From positions 7,874,001-7,938,000 of the forward strand of contig CM035358.1 in the NCBI GenBank assembly GCA_020137815.1: 64,000 bases of DNA. Direction: 5' to 3'. The stretch comes from Hormiphora californensis (taxonomy: Eukaryota > Animalia > Ctenophora). The position numbers and the translations under genes were made by a program. Below, piece after piece: positions 16,755 through 30,969 of this stretch (its first letter is position 1; every line of letters starts with the position of its first letter). Below the pieces are notes generated by a model. That model worked only from the letters and a program-made list of their open reading frames with translations. It had not been told where the DNA came from and did no database searches.

Positions 16755-19700
16755 ATGAAAGTACTGCCAGATGAACCTACTTTGGGTGAGATGTCGGGAG
16801 ATTTGTCTTAGTTTTTCTAATTTTATTCGCTTAACTTGTCCTTTGTTATCACCTATTGTTCGTTAAAAGCCTGGAGCATATCTGTACGATTTTCGTTTTC
16901 AGAACTCAACGAGGCAACTCCGGGGACAGTCAGCGCCACAGCAACTCCAGATATGATTAAGAAACCAGAGGATATTGATGTGGATATCAACATGACATTA
17001 GTACACCGCTCACTCACATTACTTCTGGATAACAGGTATACGTGCTCCTTCATAAAACTTGTTACTTCTTCATAAATAAGAAGGAGCTCCTTCATAAAAC
17101 TTTTTGTAGGTTTGTGGAAGCGGAGGAGATTCTCAAGAGGCATTACGAAACTGACATGCATTTTGCACTTGGATACGGTGCCATGCTGACCTTTCAGGTA
17201 CAGATGAACATATCATGACGTATTTTTGCTCATTTCTCATACCGAGGTCTAACATCTACATGTGACATCGGGGTTCCGGTAAATCGAGGCCCGGTAAATC
17301 GGAGTCCGACTGTATGTTGTATTTATCTGTTGAACTAACTTTCTGACTATGACTGCTGCAGGCTATCATGACTCTTGATAAGAAAGAGATAGAAAAGGGT
17401 TACAAGATCTTGGAACGAGGTTTAGAGTTAACAGATAAAAGGAGACAAAAGAAAACCGACTATTTGAGAATGAGACCCCCGACTTATGAAGAGGTAATTA
17501 AATTAAATTAATTAATTAATTTTATCGAACCATTCCAGCTGAATTTATATTTCTAGTTATATCAAGTCCTCGTGTGTGTTTGAATATCATGGTGATATAT
17601 TGCGCCCCTATAGGTTGTTGCTGAACTGTTGTATGCTGAGACACTCCTACTGGACTCCCTTCTCACCTTCGCCCAAAGTGATTCCGTTATTGCGATGATC
17701 AAGGGAGCTGTAAAGGTAATACCAGGACATAATCAATCTCGAATCTCTTTCCATTTCTTTTATCATGTTTATAGTGTGTAAGAACAGTGGTCAGAGCTTT
17801 GGCCTAATAGGAAATATCACGATTATATATGATGTTACCAATAGCCACATTTAACCATCAACTATCATCAACTATCGACTATCGAGTCCTGAGTCCTATT
17901 GATGAGATTCCCGTCGACAAATGATATTACTCTCTCTGATCCGTAGGGCCGAACATCATATGGAATCTATAAGGATCTTTACAGCAAGTACATTGTACGT
18001 CCAGGGGATCCAGCTCAGAAACAACAACCAATCAAAGTCTCAAATGACTTTCTCAGCGGCATTCTCCTAGGATATGGGTGCTTTCAGATCATACTGGCGA
18101 TGGTTCCACCGGTAAGTTTAAACTATTTCTCGTCTGTCTGGTGGCTGGGTCAGATCCACGTGAGATATTATCTGATTGTTCAACCCCGTGTTTATTCAGA
18201 AACTATTGAAACTGCTGGAGTTGGTTGGTCTACAGGGTGACACACAGACTGGACTTGATGCGTTAGCAAAGGGGGTTGAACTGGATGGACTGAGATCACC
18301 CTTCTGTGCTCAGGTAAGGCATTTAAATATTGATCTGTGAAGAGCTACTAGTGCTCGAAAGTGTTACCTGGAGCTTCGACCATTTTGGTCACCCTGACCC
18401 ATACCCTGCCAACGATACTGGATACTATTTACTAATTATTAATTTACTAATTTACTAATTACTAACTTACTAATTACTTTCTCCAGGCAATAACAACGTA
18501 TAACACTGCCTTCAAATTCAACTTGGACCCCTACAACATAGACCTGTCTGTGGTGGATTCCCTGTGTGAAAAGTACCTTACCAGACATCCTAACTGCGTC
18601 TCATTTCACTTCTTTACCGGCCGGGCAGCTGTCCTGCGGAGAGATCTCGCGGGTGCTGCAGAAACCTTTGAAAAGTGTGTCAAGTTACAGGTGAGAGTGA
18701 CTGTTACTTACTTTTAACAAAGCTATGGAAAAGATGCCCTTTTTAGTGATCTCGATCTGTCGTACATAAGAAAGTGATTCACGAGCCCTAATTTTACTGT
18801 ATTTTATGATATGTAGACTGTAAATAAAGAGCTTTATACACCGCCTTACACACTACCCCACATGGACTACCCCACATAGAACGCTTCGTTGCCCCGTTAG
18901 ATATATCACTAACTCGTTAGATCTCACTCATTATATGTGTAAAACTTGGCTAAGCGCCAAACTTGTTTAATTACACACCCAAATAGAGAGGAATGAACAA
19001 CACATAAACCTTTGAATGAACTCCTTCTCGTTTACACAGCGTCAAATATCGACACAATCTCAATTAATATTCCCATAATAATAAGCTCAGTTCTAATCCC
19101 CCGGCCGCCAGATCACTCATGATAAACTCCTCTCCCCCAAATCACTCAGAATGTCCTACATTCCCCCCCCCCCCCCCCCCAAATCACTCAGAATGCGCTA
19201 ATACACCCCAAATCACTCAGAATGTCCTACATTCCCCCCAAATCACTCTGAAAGTCCCAAATCCCCGGCCAGAACGAGTGGATAACGATGCATCACACCT
19301 GCTGGTTCGAGCTCATGTGGATTGCAGCTATGCAACAAAAGTGGGCCGAAGCAGCGGATTATGCACAACGACTTTTTGGGGCGTCCAACTGGAGCAAAAC
19401 TTCCTATCTCTACCTCCTTGGTTCTTTCAGATACGCACAATATGTGGACTGTGATCCCTCACGCAAGTAATATATTTTCAAAATTAATCTCACTGCATTC
19501 AGTTTTAAATTGTTGCAGCTTGCTCCACCCTTTCTCAACAACTAAATTGATGTTATTCCCCACTTCCTTTGGGTCCCCTCTTTTCTTTCCTGAGCTAGTT
19601 AGGGATACCCCCTTCCCGATTAGGTACCATCAATCACTTCCTCTCAGGTACGCCAATGACCCGAACATAACGAACCTGTTTCGCGATGTAAAGGAGTATC

Positions 19701-21130
19701 AAATTAGAATCGCAGGGAAACGACTCCAGGTTGAGAAATACTGTGTCAGAAAAGCGAGGAGTTACCATAATCAAAACAATTTCCTTTTCTATCCGGCCAT
19801 CGAGGTAATAATCTAGTTGTTGCAACGATATTGTTGCCAACTGCCGAGTGACTTTTTTCCAGCAACTTTTTTAACCCTACACTAGCCTCCCCAACCTCCC
19901 TACCTTTATCACTTTATATAAAGTTGAATGACAAACTATCTTGTTTCCCTTTGTAAAGTTGAATTTATTTCAGGCGATGTTTGTATGGGGCATGTTTGTC
20001 TTGCTGGATAAGCAGATGACCAAGAAATTCATATCGCAGTGCCAAGAAAGATTGGAGCTGATAACCGATCATCAACTCAGTCCTGATGATAAAGGGCTAG
20101 GGCATCTTATGGTGGTAAGAAGGAGAGAGAGAGAGAGGGGGGAGGGAGATATAGAGATAGAGAGAAGGAGATAGAGAGAGAGGGGGAGGGAGAGATGGAG
20201 AACAGGGCGAAAGAAAGATATTCATGAAGTGGCAGAAAGGGGGTGACAGAGGTAGAGAGAGGTAGAGAAAGAGAGAGAGAGGTAGAGAGAAAATGATAAA
20301 TAGGCCTGGGAGCAACTCCAAGGCGGAAACGTACTATTTTATTGTGTCTCTCCCCCTTACTCTCTCCCCTCCACAGGGCGCATTATGGAAACACTGTTAT
20401 CTACTTGAGTCTGCAGAGGTTCAAGAAGAGAGAGAAATGTTCCTCGAAAAGTCAGAGGAATCACTCAAAAAATCCCTTTCATTCGGTAAACATTCCACTA
20501 CTGTCTTCCAGTGTCCCTGAGGTGGATAATTCAGACGAACTAACTTCACAGCTAAAGTCGGATTTTTTGAAACTGTCACCCCCCTGGGTATTTTCAAATT
20601 TCGTAAATGACCATAAATCCGGTTCCTGACGAGATAGAGACTTGAAATTTGGAGGTTACGAAGATCTTGCTAAGTTCTTCCGAACCTCTTCAAGTCTCTA
20701 TCTCATCAGGAACCGGAGATATGGCGAATTTTGTTATTTCAGGGGGGTGACAGTTTCAAAAAATCCGACTTTACATTGCATTCTGTAAATCTTGGATTTC
20801 TTTTTTTTAAAGCAAATCCCAAAATACCAATTTTTTCAGAGAAACAAATAAAGAAAGATCACTTTGTCATTGCGTGGTCAAATTACGAGCTAGCGGAGCT
20901 ATATTGGCTGAAAAAGGATGACAAGCAAGCTAGTGAGCGGTTGAAGGCCTGTAAGAAAGTGTCATCTAAAGTGAAGTATTCTCTGGAGAGTCGGATTATG
21001 TTTAAGGTTGGTAAAATAACTTCCAAACTTATCCGGAAATGAAGTAGTAATTGTTTCATTAATCAATTTTAATTTTCAGGTACATAATCTTCAGGAGAGA
21101 GTGAAGGAGTTGCAGAAGGAACGGTCTTGA
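16755..21130 (+). CDS. TTC39: TTC39 / Iml2-family TPR protein, 14 exons
   Basis: Exons 16755-16785, 16903-17035, 17110-17197, 17362-17493, 17614-17715, 17947-18111, 18200-18313, 18487-18690, 19273-19466, 19648-19804, 19974-20114, 20377-20485, 20840-21006, 21080-21130. Motifs: LLLDNRFVEAEEIL, HFALGYG, LLELVGLQGD, HHTCWFELMW, SNWSKTSYLYL, IAGKRLQVEKYCVRKA, YSLESRIMFKVH. The true start could be the ATG at ~16685 if a base is missing. Confidence 0.9.
20553..20773. mobile_element. Palindromic MITE in a TTC39 intron
   Basis: Terminal inverted repeats (TIRs) taaagtcggattttttgaaactgtcaccccc / gggggtgacagtttcaaaaaatccgacttta, plus inner arms ccggttcctga..gagacttgaa / ttcaagtctc..tcaggaaccgg. Confidence 0.85.
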
Positions 21131-21591
21131 GGAATGGGTGTATTTATTTTGTTAGGGACTTTTAGTTTGTGTCCGTGTGCGAAACACAGGGATGTTGTTA
21201 TAGTCTGGATTGCTATGTTACAAGTTTAATTGTAACTGTGCTGAGGCTAAGACTCTAGACATCATACGCCTGTTGTGTGTAACAAATTGATTGATAGTAA
21301 AATTTTATCATACAAATTCAAATTAATAATGATTTGACATTTTCTGAGGGCGGTTGATTAGTTTTGAAGTCTGTCGGGAGAGAAAGAAAGTCAAACCGAT
21401 GGGGTACAACGCCTGACACGGCTTGAATTTAGCCAAAACGTTACCAATGTCTGGCCCGTAGTGTCAGGAGTTTTAGGAGAGGCCCCGGACTAAAGCATAG
21501 GCATATACCAGTTACCACCAGTTGGTCTGGTTTCCAGACTTTAAAATCGCGAAATCTGGAAGCAAATTTTGAAAAGTGGAACGTTCAGTGA

Positions 21592-22830
21592 GGGCGCGAT
21601 TATAATCTGGGTGCCTTGCAGCCTGTTTACAGGTGCGCGCTACCAAAAGAGTATACTTAGACCGACTTTTTTCAAACGGCTATAGCCATGGAACCACATG
21701 GCCGATTTGAGTAAACTAAACGGTATCAGTTAGAGAATTGATAGCCCTAACCGATAACCCCAAACCAAACCCTAACCATACCCTAACGGATAGCCCTAAC
21801 CCGTCGCGCGCGCCAAAACTACGAATTGTTAGCAATGAAAGGCACCCAGATTTTAACGTTTTCCGTTCAGTGATCTGATCCGAAATAAAAACGCGCGCGA
21901 CAAAATCGTACTTTTTTCTCCGCGCGCCAATACAAAGCAGCGAATATTATTAAATTTGGCGCGTTCCGTTACAGTCGGACTTCCTCCTGGATAGTGGATA
22001 TTGGATACACTCCAGACATTATCTGCAATTTTCTCAGAACTATTACCCATCAAAGACACACCATTTATCGGCAAAAAAAAACTAAAAATAGAAAGTAAGG
22101 ATACATTAAACACGGTGTTAACTTGTTCGACCCTGTTATTCATCAAGTTTGAACAAAAACAAGGACTGTTGTTTAGAAAAAAAAGAGAAAATACGGGGGA
22201 CAGAAAAACCAACCATGGTAACCATGACAACCACACCATGGTAGTGGTAACCATGACATAACTACCATGCAATGGTAGGTATAACACACAACCCCCCGCT
22301 GTAGCTCAGAAGCCTGAAGCCCCAGGGGGATGATAACAGAATATTGTGGTGTTTTTTAGTTACTGGTTCAGAGCATTTGGCCCCCCGGACAGGGCTGTAT
22401 AGGCCAAATTCATTAAAGTGGGCCCGGTTGCTTTGGTAAGGTTTTCTGGGTAATCGCTTTCCAGCTTGAAGATATAATTCCCACCACACACACCATAGTC
22501 CCCGCGTACCTTAACTTTACCCAAGCAACCCGGTCCCACTTCTTGTCCAATAAATATCCGCTTCTCACTTTTCCGCTATCACACTCTTATCTCTCTCTCT
22601 TCCACCTCTCTGTGCCCTTTGTGAGATTCTTCCCGAACACCCCGAAAGCTTTGCAAGCGGACGGGGCATATTCTCCATCTCTCTCTCATATCCACTGGCT
22701 TACCTCTGCTTTCTCAAAATATTTCCATCGATTAATTGTTCGTGTCTGCCCTCTCACTCAAAGTGCTTTGATTGAGGGAACCAACAGTATCAGTCACAAA
22801 GACCTCACGAATAATCGGGGACAAACTAGT
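21592..22830 (+). repeat. Dispersed ~1 kb repeat, copy 1 (carries an extra ~200-bp cctaac-rich insert at ~21663-21863)
   Basis: Near identity to 28935-29938 over gggcgcgattataa...cgttcagtgatctgatccgaaataaaaacgcg...caaccccc, then weaker similarity up to caaactag. Confidence 0.85.
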
Positions 22831-23184
22831 TCAAGTGATGGCCTCGTCTGTTTTAACCCTCGTGTACTTGGTGTGGCTCTACAGAAACCCAGTGGGTGGC
22901 CAGAAGCGCTCTCTGATGGGGACAATAAAGATTACCCTGCTTAACTTCAACAGCGCCGTGTCGATGGGTATCATTATCTACACCAATTCGATATTACAAT
23001 CAGCCACTACCCTGCAGACCGTGGAACTGAAGAGAAAATGAATGCTTTGACTACTAAAGTCATGGGGATGTATCTGGCGTTCAATTTCTGGCCAACCACA
23101 GCCTCACTCCTCAACGGACTGCTCTATCTCGCATTTACAAAGAATGCAAGAACACTCCGGAGAAAAACAATGCGATATTCCTGA
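22821..23184 (+). pseudogene. Truncated rhodopsin-like GPCR fragment (TM5-TM7)
   Basis: LVQVMASSVLTLVYLVWLYRNPVGGQKRSLMGTIKITLLNFNSAVSMGIIIYT, then after a frameshift near 23040 VMGMYLAFNFWPTTASLLNGLLYLAFTKNARTLRRK (degenerate LNPxxY plus basic helix 8). The 5' part is replaced by the dispersed repeat. Confidence 0.55.
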
Positions 23185-23852
23185 GTCTTGCCTGGCTAGA
23201 ATGTGTTTCGGGCGTTAGAGGGTTAGAACATAGCAACCTGAGTCAGCGACAATGCGACATTAGGTCAGCTTCTAATGAGTCAGCTTCAGTTGGACTGGTT
23301 TGAAACATACAATGGTTTTGGCAGCGGTTTCTCATACTCATCTGGCCAGCAAATCAATTCAGACTTTGCTAAGACTATTTCAGATGGTGTAGAAGATAGA
23401 CAGTGATATGATATGATATTGTATGGTACATGTACTGTATACAGCGATAGAGGCCTTCTGTTTCTAGAAAACTGCATTTTTCACGTGCTCTCAGTTTATT
23501 TGTTTCCACCTATCAAAGACACGTGCACGGATCTGTAATATTTAAGCTGTATAGTGTATTATATTCGACATATTATATTATTGCTGTTAAAATTCTTAGA
23601 ATTTTTTTTTTCGTTACCGGGGGGGGGGGGGGGGAGGATTAGTGTAAAATGATAGGTATATTGCTGCAGGTGGTAGAAGTGTAAAAAATGATAATGAGAA
23701 ATGGATGATGAATAGCAGTCAGGCAGTAATAACTTGGAAACTGAAAATGAAACTTTGCTGAAAATAGTAACAGAGTAAGCTCTTAGAAACAAAAACAAAT
23801 GAAAAAATTGGAAAATAAATGCAAATATAATGATCTGTTCTCTACTACTATG

Positions 23853-23961
23853 CAGGAACCGACCGAATAAGGAATTACTGGTCCCTGATTGGCTGATAAC
23901 CAGTCACGTGACCTAAATAACGGGTTCTGATTGGTTGTTTACTTACATGCGGTCGGTTCCT
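23853..23961. mobile_element. ~108-bp hAT-type MITE (other copies at 40016-40123 and partial 43694-43778)
   Basis: TIR caggaaccgacc / ggtcggttcct(a/g); flanked by ctactatg / cttctatg (7 of 8 bp TSD match). Confidence 0.75.
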
Positions 23962-24081
23962 ACTTCTATGTCTAGTGCTATAAATAATGTGTGACAATGA
24001 TTCACATTCATTACTACTATCCCAGTCATAGTCTCTCTGTACCCGGACCCCCAACAACTATAATTCTCCACTATTTTACTA

Positions 24082-24221
24082 TAGTCGGACCCCGATTTAA
24101 CGGCAGGATAATCTTCCCCGATATAGGAAATTAACAGTATTTGACCCCGATTTAGCGGACACCCCGATTTAACGGACAAAACCCTTTCCCCCGAGGGTGC
24201 CGTTAAATCGGGGTCCGACTG
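24082..24221. mobile_element. Small TA-flanked MITE family (related pieces at ~3228-3320, 17270-17312, 52060-52175)
   Basis: TIR agtcggaccccgatttaacgg / ccgttaaatcggggtccgact. Confidence 0.75.
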
Positions 24222-24411
24222 TATCTACTATAGTCGGTCTCCTTTAGAAGTGGCGGTCCACTTTGCCCGTTACCGGTGGCTACATAATACCACGGAGTAT
24301 AGTATAGTTTAGTCCCTGCATTTCTGATCTTTTAGTATTTCAGGATCTCTAAGATATTTCTTCACAGCTCTATGAAATACAGCGGTGTAGTTACTATCAT
24401 ATCTGCATGTT

Positions 24412-27400
24412 TCAAAAGAACTGACTATTAGTTCTGGTGGTGGGCTGTTTCTCCAAGAAAGCTTTATATCTCTTCTTATCGTTCTCAGTTACTGGTTCTT
24501 CAATGCTGTAACTGGAAAAGTACATCCCTTCTTCTGTCAGCACTTCAGCCTTTAGAATATCGTCCTGAAAATGGGGGGGGGGGGGTTAGGGAGTTAGGGA
24601 GCGAGAGTGGGGTTAGTTGAGTTTAGTTGTGGGGATTAGGGATTAGGGAGTCATGTAGGATGGAAAAACAAGATGAAGGATATCACAGGGTATCAGTTGC
24701 ATGTGCATTGTGCAAGAAAGGTTTGCACACACATTGCTACGGAACTGTCTAACTTTGTGCAGACAGCAAATTGTGCAAACTCTTCTAAGACATAGTGGGT
24801 ACCATTATCCATCCATCTCTCTCTCCATCTCCTTCTCACTCCCAGCTTGTTCATTCTTATCTCACAAACTGTTATACAATCAACGATGAAACATTTGTTA
24901 CCTGCAGACTTCCATCCGCCTGCAAATCACAGACACCAGCTTGGAACTTTTGGAATTCCTCTAAATGTCTGGCAAGCTCCCAGCACTTTTCAAAGTTTAT
25001 CAAATCGGTGTTATCAATCTGGAGAGATGAGGTATGTTAGAACACTTTGCAGTGGTTCCCCTAAATTATTAAGCTGTACCTAGACCCAACAAGAGCCACA
25101 GTACAGCAGAATTATACACGTAGGTAATCTCTTTTTGAAAACTTGCTCTTTCTCTTTGTTACACGTAGGTACTATAAACACGCCAAAACTAAACGCTTAG
25201 TGGTTGACTGTGTATAAGGCCCAAATAAGCTTCAGTCAAGCTTCACAGCATAGGTATTATGTATCACTTACCCTTGTTTTCTTGATCTCATTAATAGTAT
25301 GAATATCCTTCACAAGTATCGTAAAGAATGGTATCACACAGGTGTGCTGTTCACTTGCATTCCGCAGTGCAGTCCTGTACGTCTTGAAGTTCTCACTCGG
25401 ACTCATCTGTTTTTCAAGTGATTGAAGGTGTTCCACTTTACTTCTGTCTAGTTTATCACGTAACTTGTGTAGTCGTGTTATCGAACTCTGAAACAGGGAT
25501 TTAACATCTTTTAGAGATGGCCAGTGATAATTAATGTTAGTACACAGAGGTTTAAAAAATTAGTGATAAAGTAACCAGCCAGCTGTCAGAACTCCAAATG
25601 AAGCTATCTAAAATCAGGACGAAAGCAATGCTATGAAATTATTCAAACCTGTAACATATTAATATGTTACATGTTTAGTTACGTACCTGATTGAGACCAG
25701 CTAGAATTGCCATAGCAGAGTTAAAGTTTCCCTGACTGAAACACGCAACTGCAGTGTCCATATAGTATTCCATGGTCAGGTTTCTAGCTGCCCCCAACTC
25801 AGGGGATAGGACTTCAGTAGCAACAAAGTGGGAGAGGTGGTTGAACCTGTAGGAATGAGGGTGATACACAGGTGGTTAAACATGCAAGAATGAGGGGTTA
25901 ACTAGGTGGTTTTAAACCTGTATTAGGAATGAGAAAGAAGGTGTGAGATTCGTGAATATGAAGGCTTGTGTAGTCACACTCACCAGTTAACATATTTCTC
26001 CACATTTCCCCACGCGGTTGCAGGATCTTTATCTTTTGAAACATCTTTACCCAACATTGAGATAATTTCCCCGAAAGAGATATTATTAAGAAAATCAATT
26101 TCAATATGGGTTAACTGGGCAGCAATCAACTCTGGCTTTATATCCCTGACCTGAAATGATGGTAGTGTAAATTGAGACCCAAAACTGCATACCAAAGATA
26201 AAGCTGTTGAGAGACAGGGTCGCAAAGATAAATTATTTTTGGCAAACTTACAAAATCAAGTTTTTCCAGACAATCCGATTTAGGAACTTTCTTCTTGGAT
26301 TTCACATCCACCAATCTGTTATCAAGTAACCTAATCAACCTATCACATCCTCGAGAACATGATGGATCAAGATTCTTACAGAATCTCAGTGCTTCATGAA
26401 GTTTGTCCATCATGGACTGTCGGATGAAATCATTTGGAAATGTTTCCACCCATTGGAGGAGGAAGAGGGCAAGGTGGGGAGCTACGGTTGCTGTTTCTGG
26501 TAAATCAGGGTTCGCTTGCTCAATCTGACATCGCTCTAAAACCTGGGAAAAGCATGAGGTAATCATTACAACATGGTTAAACAATGTCAAACAAATGTTA
26601 AACTGTGCTAAAGTAGGTTAAAGACTGTATGTTTAATGAGATCACGCCTACCTGGGTAAGGACCTCGACAGGATCAACAAAAATTCTGCACGAAAGGAGA
26701 AAGGCAAAGAGGTAATCCTCCGGGGGATAGTACTCAGATGTTGGGGTCAAATGCCTGAGGAGGTGTTATTATTTGTTAGTCGATTGATTTGTAGTTCGTA
26801 CACAAATTAAAAGGAAGGGAAACAAATAATTACAAAAATAAGGGGAGGGGCCGGGTGGGGTGGGGAGGATGTATTTACAAGATTTTACAAGATTTTACAA
26901 GACTAGAGTACCCGTTTGCTGGGAACCCGTGACCTGGTAAATGGTAATTTGTGTTTGATTTTTAAAAGATAATTTGTTTGTTCCTTAGAGCAATGACAGT
27001 GGTCATCCGACATATTCCGACGTGAAATTCGACCTGAATCTCGACCTTGAATGAGGCTCGCATCAGAGAGATGTGCCGCAGTAAGCAAATGATGTCGCGC
27101 TTCAACTCTTCTCTCTCGTTAGTCTTTGTATCTCTCTCACTACGAATGCGCGCCTCATTCCAGGTCGAGATTCAGGTCGAATTTCACGTCGAGGTATGGC
27201 AATTATGTCGGATGACCACTGTCAGAGTCTCATAGTAGGAGCGGTTAGATCTGCACGTGCAGAAAGTCGCGCGCCACCCTAATCTCAGGTTACTCTCACG
27301 GCTTCATTTCGCATCCAATCCAAAAGTGACCTTCATCAAACATGTAGATCTCCTCAAGGAGAAGGGAAAATTTGCGGGACATTTCTTGATTGGATGCGAC

Positions 27401-28283
27401 CTCGAGGAGCTATGACAATGCGCAAAAAGGGGTGGCACGCGACTTTAACCACGTGGTGATCTAACCGCTCCTACTATCATGATACACATTGGGTTTTTGA
27501 AAAAACGGCCATTACAATTTTGGCGAGGCGGGTAAATCATTTACTGTAACGCGCGAATTTTTCCAAAAAGCGCTGCTTTTTTACGCCGCGCGCGGAACCT
27601 AAAATTACGCGCGCAGTGTAAAATTTTAAAATTCATTGAAAATTTCCTCGCGTTTTATGTCGCCAAAAAAAAGTCGACGAAAAATCCCAAATTCGTGAAT
27701 TATAAGAACTCCGGTCAGTTCTCATCTTGCCAATCCGTTTTCCGGGAACCCCTGGCCAAAGGACATTAAAGTTCACATAACGACCAAGTTTCATATCGAT
27801 TGGATAAGATTTTGGGTGGCTACGGTGAAAAATATCGTATTTTTGGCATTTTTAACTTTCCCGACGCGATTTACGACCCTTAAACATTGAGTTACGGGAA
27901 ATCGCTATCATGTAAAATGAAGTTCAAACGATTCTCTTTCCCCACTATTGCGTTAGTTTTTTTATTTAGAGCGGTTTTCAGGGTCTTAGAAGCGTTTGAA
28001 AAATGTAAGTATTTTTGGCGCAATGACGTCACCCCGTGACGTCACTGTTGTAAAGATCGGATCAAAAATCTGAGCCCGTACTTACACCCGCCTTGGTCCA
28101 AAGTACCAGTGTACAAATTTTCAGGGGTCTAGCTCAAAAACTGTAGGAGGAGTAGGGAGAAAACAATTATCGGACTAACATTTTGGAATTTATTATATGG
28201 ATTTACCCAATTAAGTCATTGATAGACCCGGCAATTAATTTTCCATTCTCGAACTGCTTTGAACACTCGTCATCTTCTTCCAT
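24412..28283 (-). CDS. RASGEF1: RasGEF domain protein of the RASGEF1 family, 8 exons
   Basis: Exons 28283-28207, 26754-26652, 26542-26252, 26150-25984, 25846-25687, 25487-25272, 25018-24902, 24564-24412. Motifs: GKLIAGSINDLIGHLTPTSEYYPPEDYLFAFLLSCRIF (REM), QWVETFPNDF, AAQLTHIE, WFNHLSHFVATE, GNFNSAMAILAGLN, NFKTYR, IPFF, INFEKCWELA. Confidence 0.92.
26994..27224. mobile_element. MITE in RASGEF1 intron 1
   Basis: TIR tgacagtggtcatccgacata / tatgtcggatgaccactgtca with inner palindromic arms. Confidence 0.8.
27232..27477. mobile_element. Second, adjacent MITE in RASGEF1 intron 1
   Basis: TIR atagtaggagcggttagatc / gatctaaccgctcctactat. Confidence 0.8.
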
Positions 28284-28934
28284 GTGCTACAGAGATATCG
28301 AAAATATATTATCCACAAGGCCTGAGTATTGAGTTTGTTCATGGATTTCCAGGTCGACCCCCACAGCCCACTCTGTGATAATTGAGAGGCCAACTCACGA
28401 ACCCCAACACCGATTGGTATCAATTTTCAACAGCCGAAGAGAAGCAGCCGAAGAGAGGAAGGGGGTAACCGTATGTAGAGTTAATCGCGACGAGTCTCAT
28501 CACATTGGGTTCGATCATTTACCCCCGGTGTTGGGGTAGGCCGTAGGTGATAAATTTAAAATCACTCACACGATCTCGTCCAGCGTTAAAATCTGGGTGT
28601 TTCGTGAGTGCTGACAAACGGTTTTTTAGGGTTAGGGCCAAAGTAGGATTAGGGTTGGGGTTGGGGTTAGGCCTTGCCATTTCCTACCAGATAAATCATA
28701 AACTTTGAATTAGCCAAAACGGTTGAGTGGTTTAGCGGTTAGAGCCATTTTAGTGAATCAACTTTTTTGACAGCGCCGGGCCCACCTGTAAACAGGCCAC
28801 CAAACACCCAGATCGTAACGGCGCCCCACTTGGCAAACGTTGCTGGCCCCCGGGATAAGGCAGCGCTTTTCAAGCGCCCCACGATCTCGCGCTCGCGCTC
28901 GACTTTCAAACTTAAAATTCATGATCGCGATTAG

Positions 28935-29692
28935 GGCGCGATTATAACCTGGGTGCCTTGCAGCGTGTTTACAGGTGCGCGCTACCAAAAGAGTATACTT
29001 AGACCTTTGCAAAGTGGAACGTTCAGTGATCTGATCCGAAATAAAAACGCGCTCGACAAAATCGTACTTTTTTCTCCGCGCGCCAATACAAAGCAGCGAA
29101 TATTATTAAATTTGGCGCGTTCCGTTACAGTCTGGACTTCCCCCTGGATAATGGATATTGGATACACTCCAGAAATTATCTGCAATTTTCTCAGAACTAT
29201 TACCCATCAAATACACACCATTTATCGGCAAAAAAACTAAAAATAGAAAGTAAGGATACATTAAACACGGTGTTAACTTGTTCGACCCTGTTATTCATCA
29301 AGTTTGAACAAAAACAAGGACTGTGTTGTTTAGAAAAAAAGAGAAAATACGGGGGACAGAAAAAACCAACCATGGTAACCATGACAACCACACCATGGTA
29401 GTGGTAACCATGACAACTACCATGCAATGGTAGGTATAACACACAACCCCCCGGATTCAGAAGCCTGAAGCCAGGGGGTGCTAAAAGAATATGTGGCCGT
29501 ATAGGCCACATCATAAAGGGGGGTAACGCCTGAGATATATCCCACACACACACATGTGGTATATACAAGCACCCGGTCCCATTCTTGTCCAATAAATATT
29601 CCGCTCTCTTACTTTCATGCTCTCACTCTATCTCTCTCTCTCTCTCTCTATCTCTCACTCTATCTCTCTCTCTCTCTCTATCTCTCACTCTC

Positions 29693-29770
<78 letters not shown>

Positions 29771-29938
29771 ACTCCCCTTGAGATCTCCCGAAAGTGCAAG
29801 GGAGGCCATATCTCTATCCCTCTCTCTATCACTGGCACCCGTCAAATATCAATAACTTGTTCTGTTGTCTCACTCAAAAGTGCTTTGATGAGAAAACAGA
29901 CAGTCACAAAGATCACGAATATATTCGGGGCAAACTAG
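28935..29938 (+). repeat. Dispersed ~1 kb repeat, copy 2
   Basis: Direct-orientation match to 21592-22830; contains an expanded (CT)n tract. Confidence 0.85.
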
Positions 29939-30078
29939 CCTTTTGTTACAGTTTGGTACCAGGCTGTCAGAGCATTGGCCTGACAGGTACCAGGTAACAA
30001 TGTGACCACAGGTCACAAACAATCTCCATAGTCAAATAATATCACTGTCACTGACTCCTTGTGCGTATCAAACTCTCT

Positions 30079-30140
<62 letters not shown>

Positions 30141-30969
30141 CTCTCGGGGGACCGTTGCGGGTGTGTATTTGCACAATTGTGCAAAGCGATTCATTCCATC
30201 ATGAAATATTGGCCTCTCAGTTCCTTCGAGGAACGCTGGGTATAGAGATAATAATAATATAATGTTAATATATCGGGGACACAGATGCAGCTAACAAAAA
30301 AAAAGATACTTCCACTCCAAATCCTCCTTCTTCTTCTCTCAAACAAACAAAATGTGGTGGACCAAAATATAGGCGTCAATTTGGGAACTGAAAACCAAGG
30401 TACTATTATAAAGGCACTTCATATAATCTTTACTGAAACTTGGGGATACATTAGAATATTAAAATCTCGAAAGAAAGAGGGGGAAGAGGAGCAGGGTATA
30501 TTATTGGAAAATCTGTAAATATACTTAATATATATAACGCTCTTAATGATGGAAGCAATTTTTAAAACTCCATACAAAAAATATCTTGACACATATTCTT
30601 CTACCACACATAGACATATGCAAAAACGCGTATATATTTTACTTAAAACAAGAATTTAAAATCTTTAACAAAAAGTTATCAAACACTATCTCTCTGAGGC
30701 AAATATAATAATTTCCCCATGTTTATCGCATTACTGTTCATGCGTCACACCACGAAGAGAGTGTGTATTTATAAAGCTGTCAAATTATGTTCTCTGTATC
30801 AAAATCATCGTTCGTCCTGTATCGTCCTTTTCTCTCTCTCTCACTGTTTGTAATAAAACTCCTTCATTTTATCTCACATTCACAATGCACTAAATTGTGC
30901 TCATTTTACTCTCTCTGACAAACACTAAACAATCAAGATGGAGCGGTCTTTGTCCCCTCCTTCAGAACG

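Noticed and set aside
21740-21802. Interstitial telomere (ccctaa)
   Set aside because: Only scattered degenerate units within a repeat insert, not a tandem TTAGGG array.
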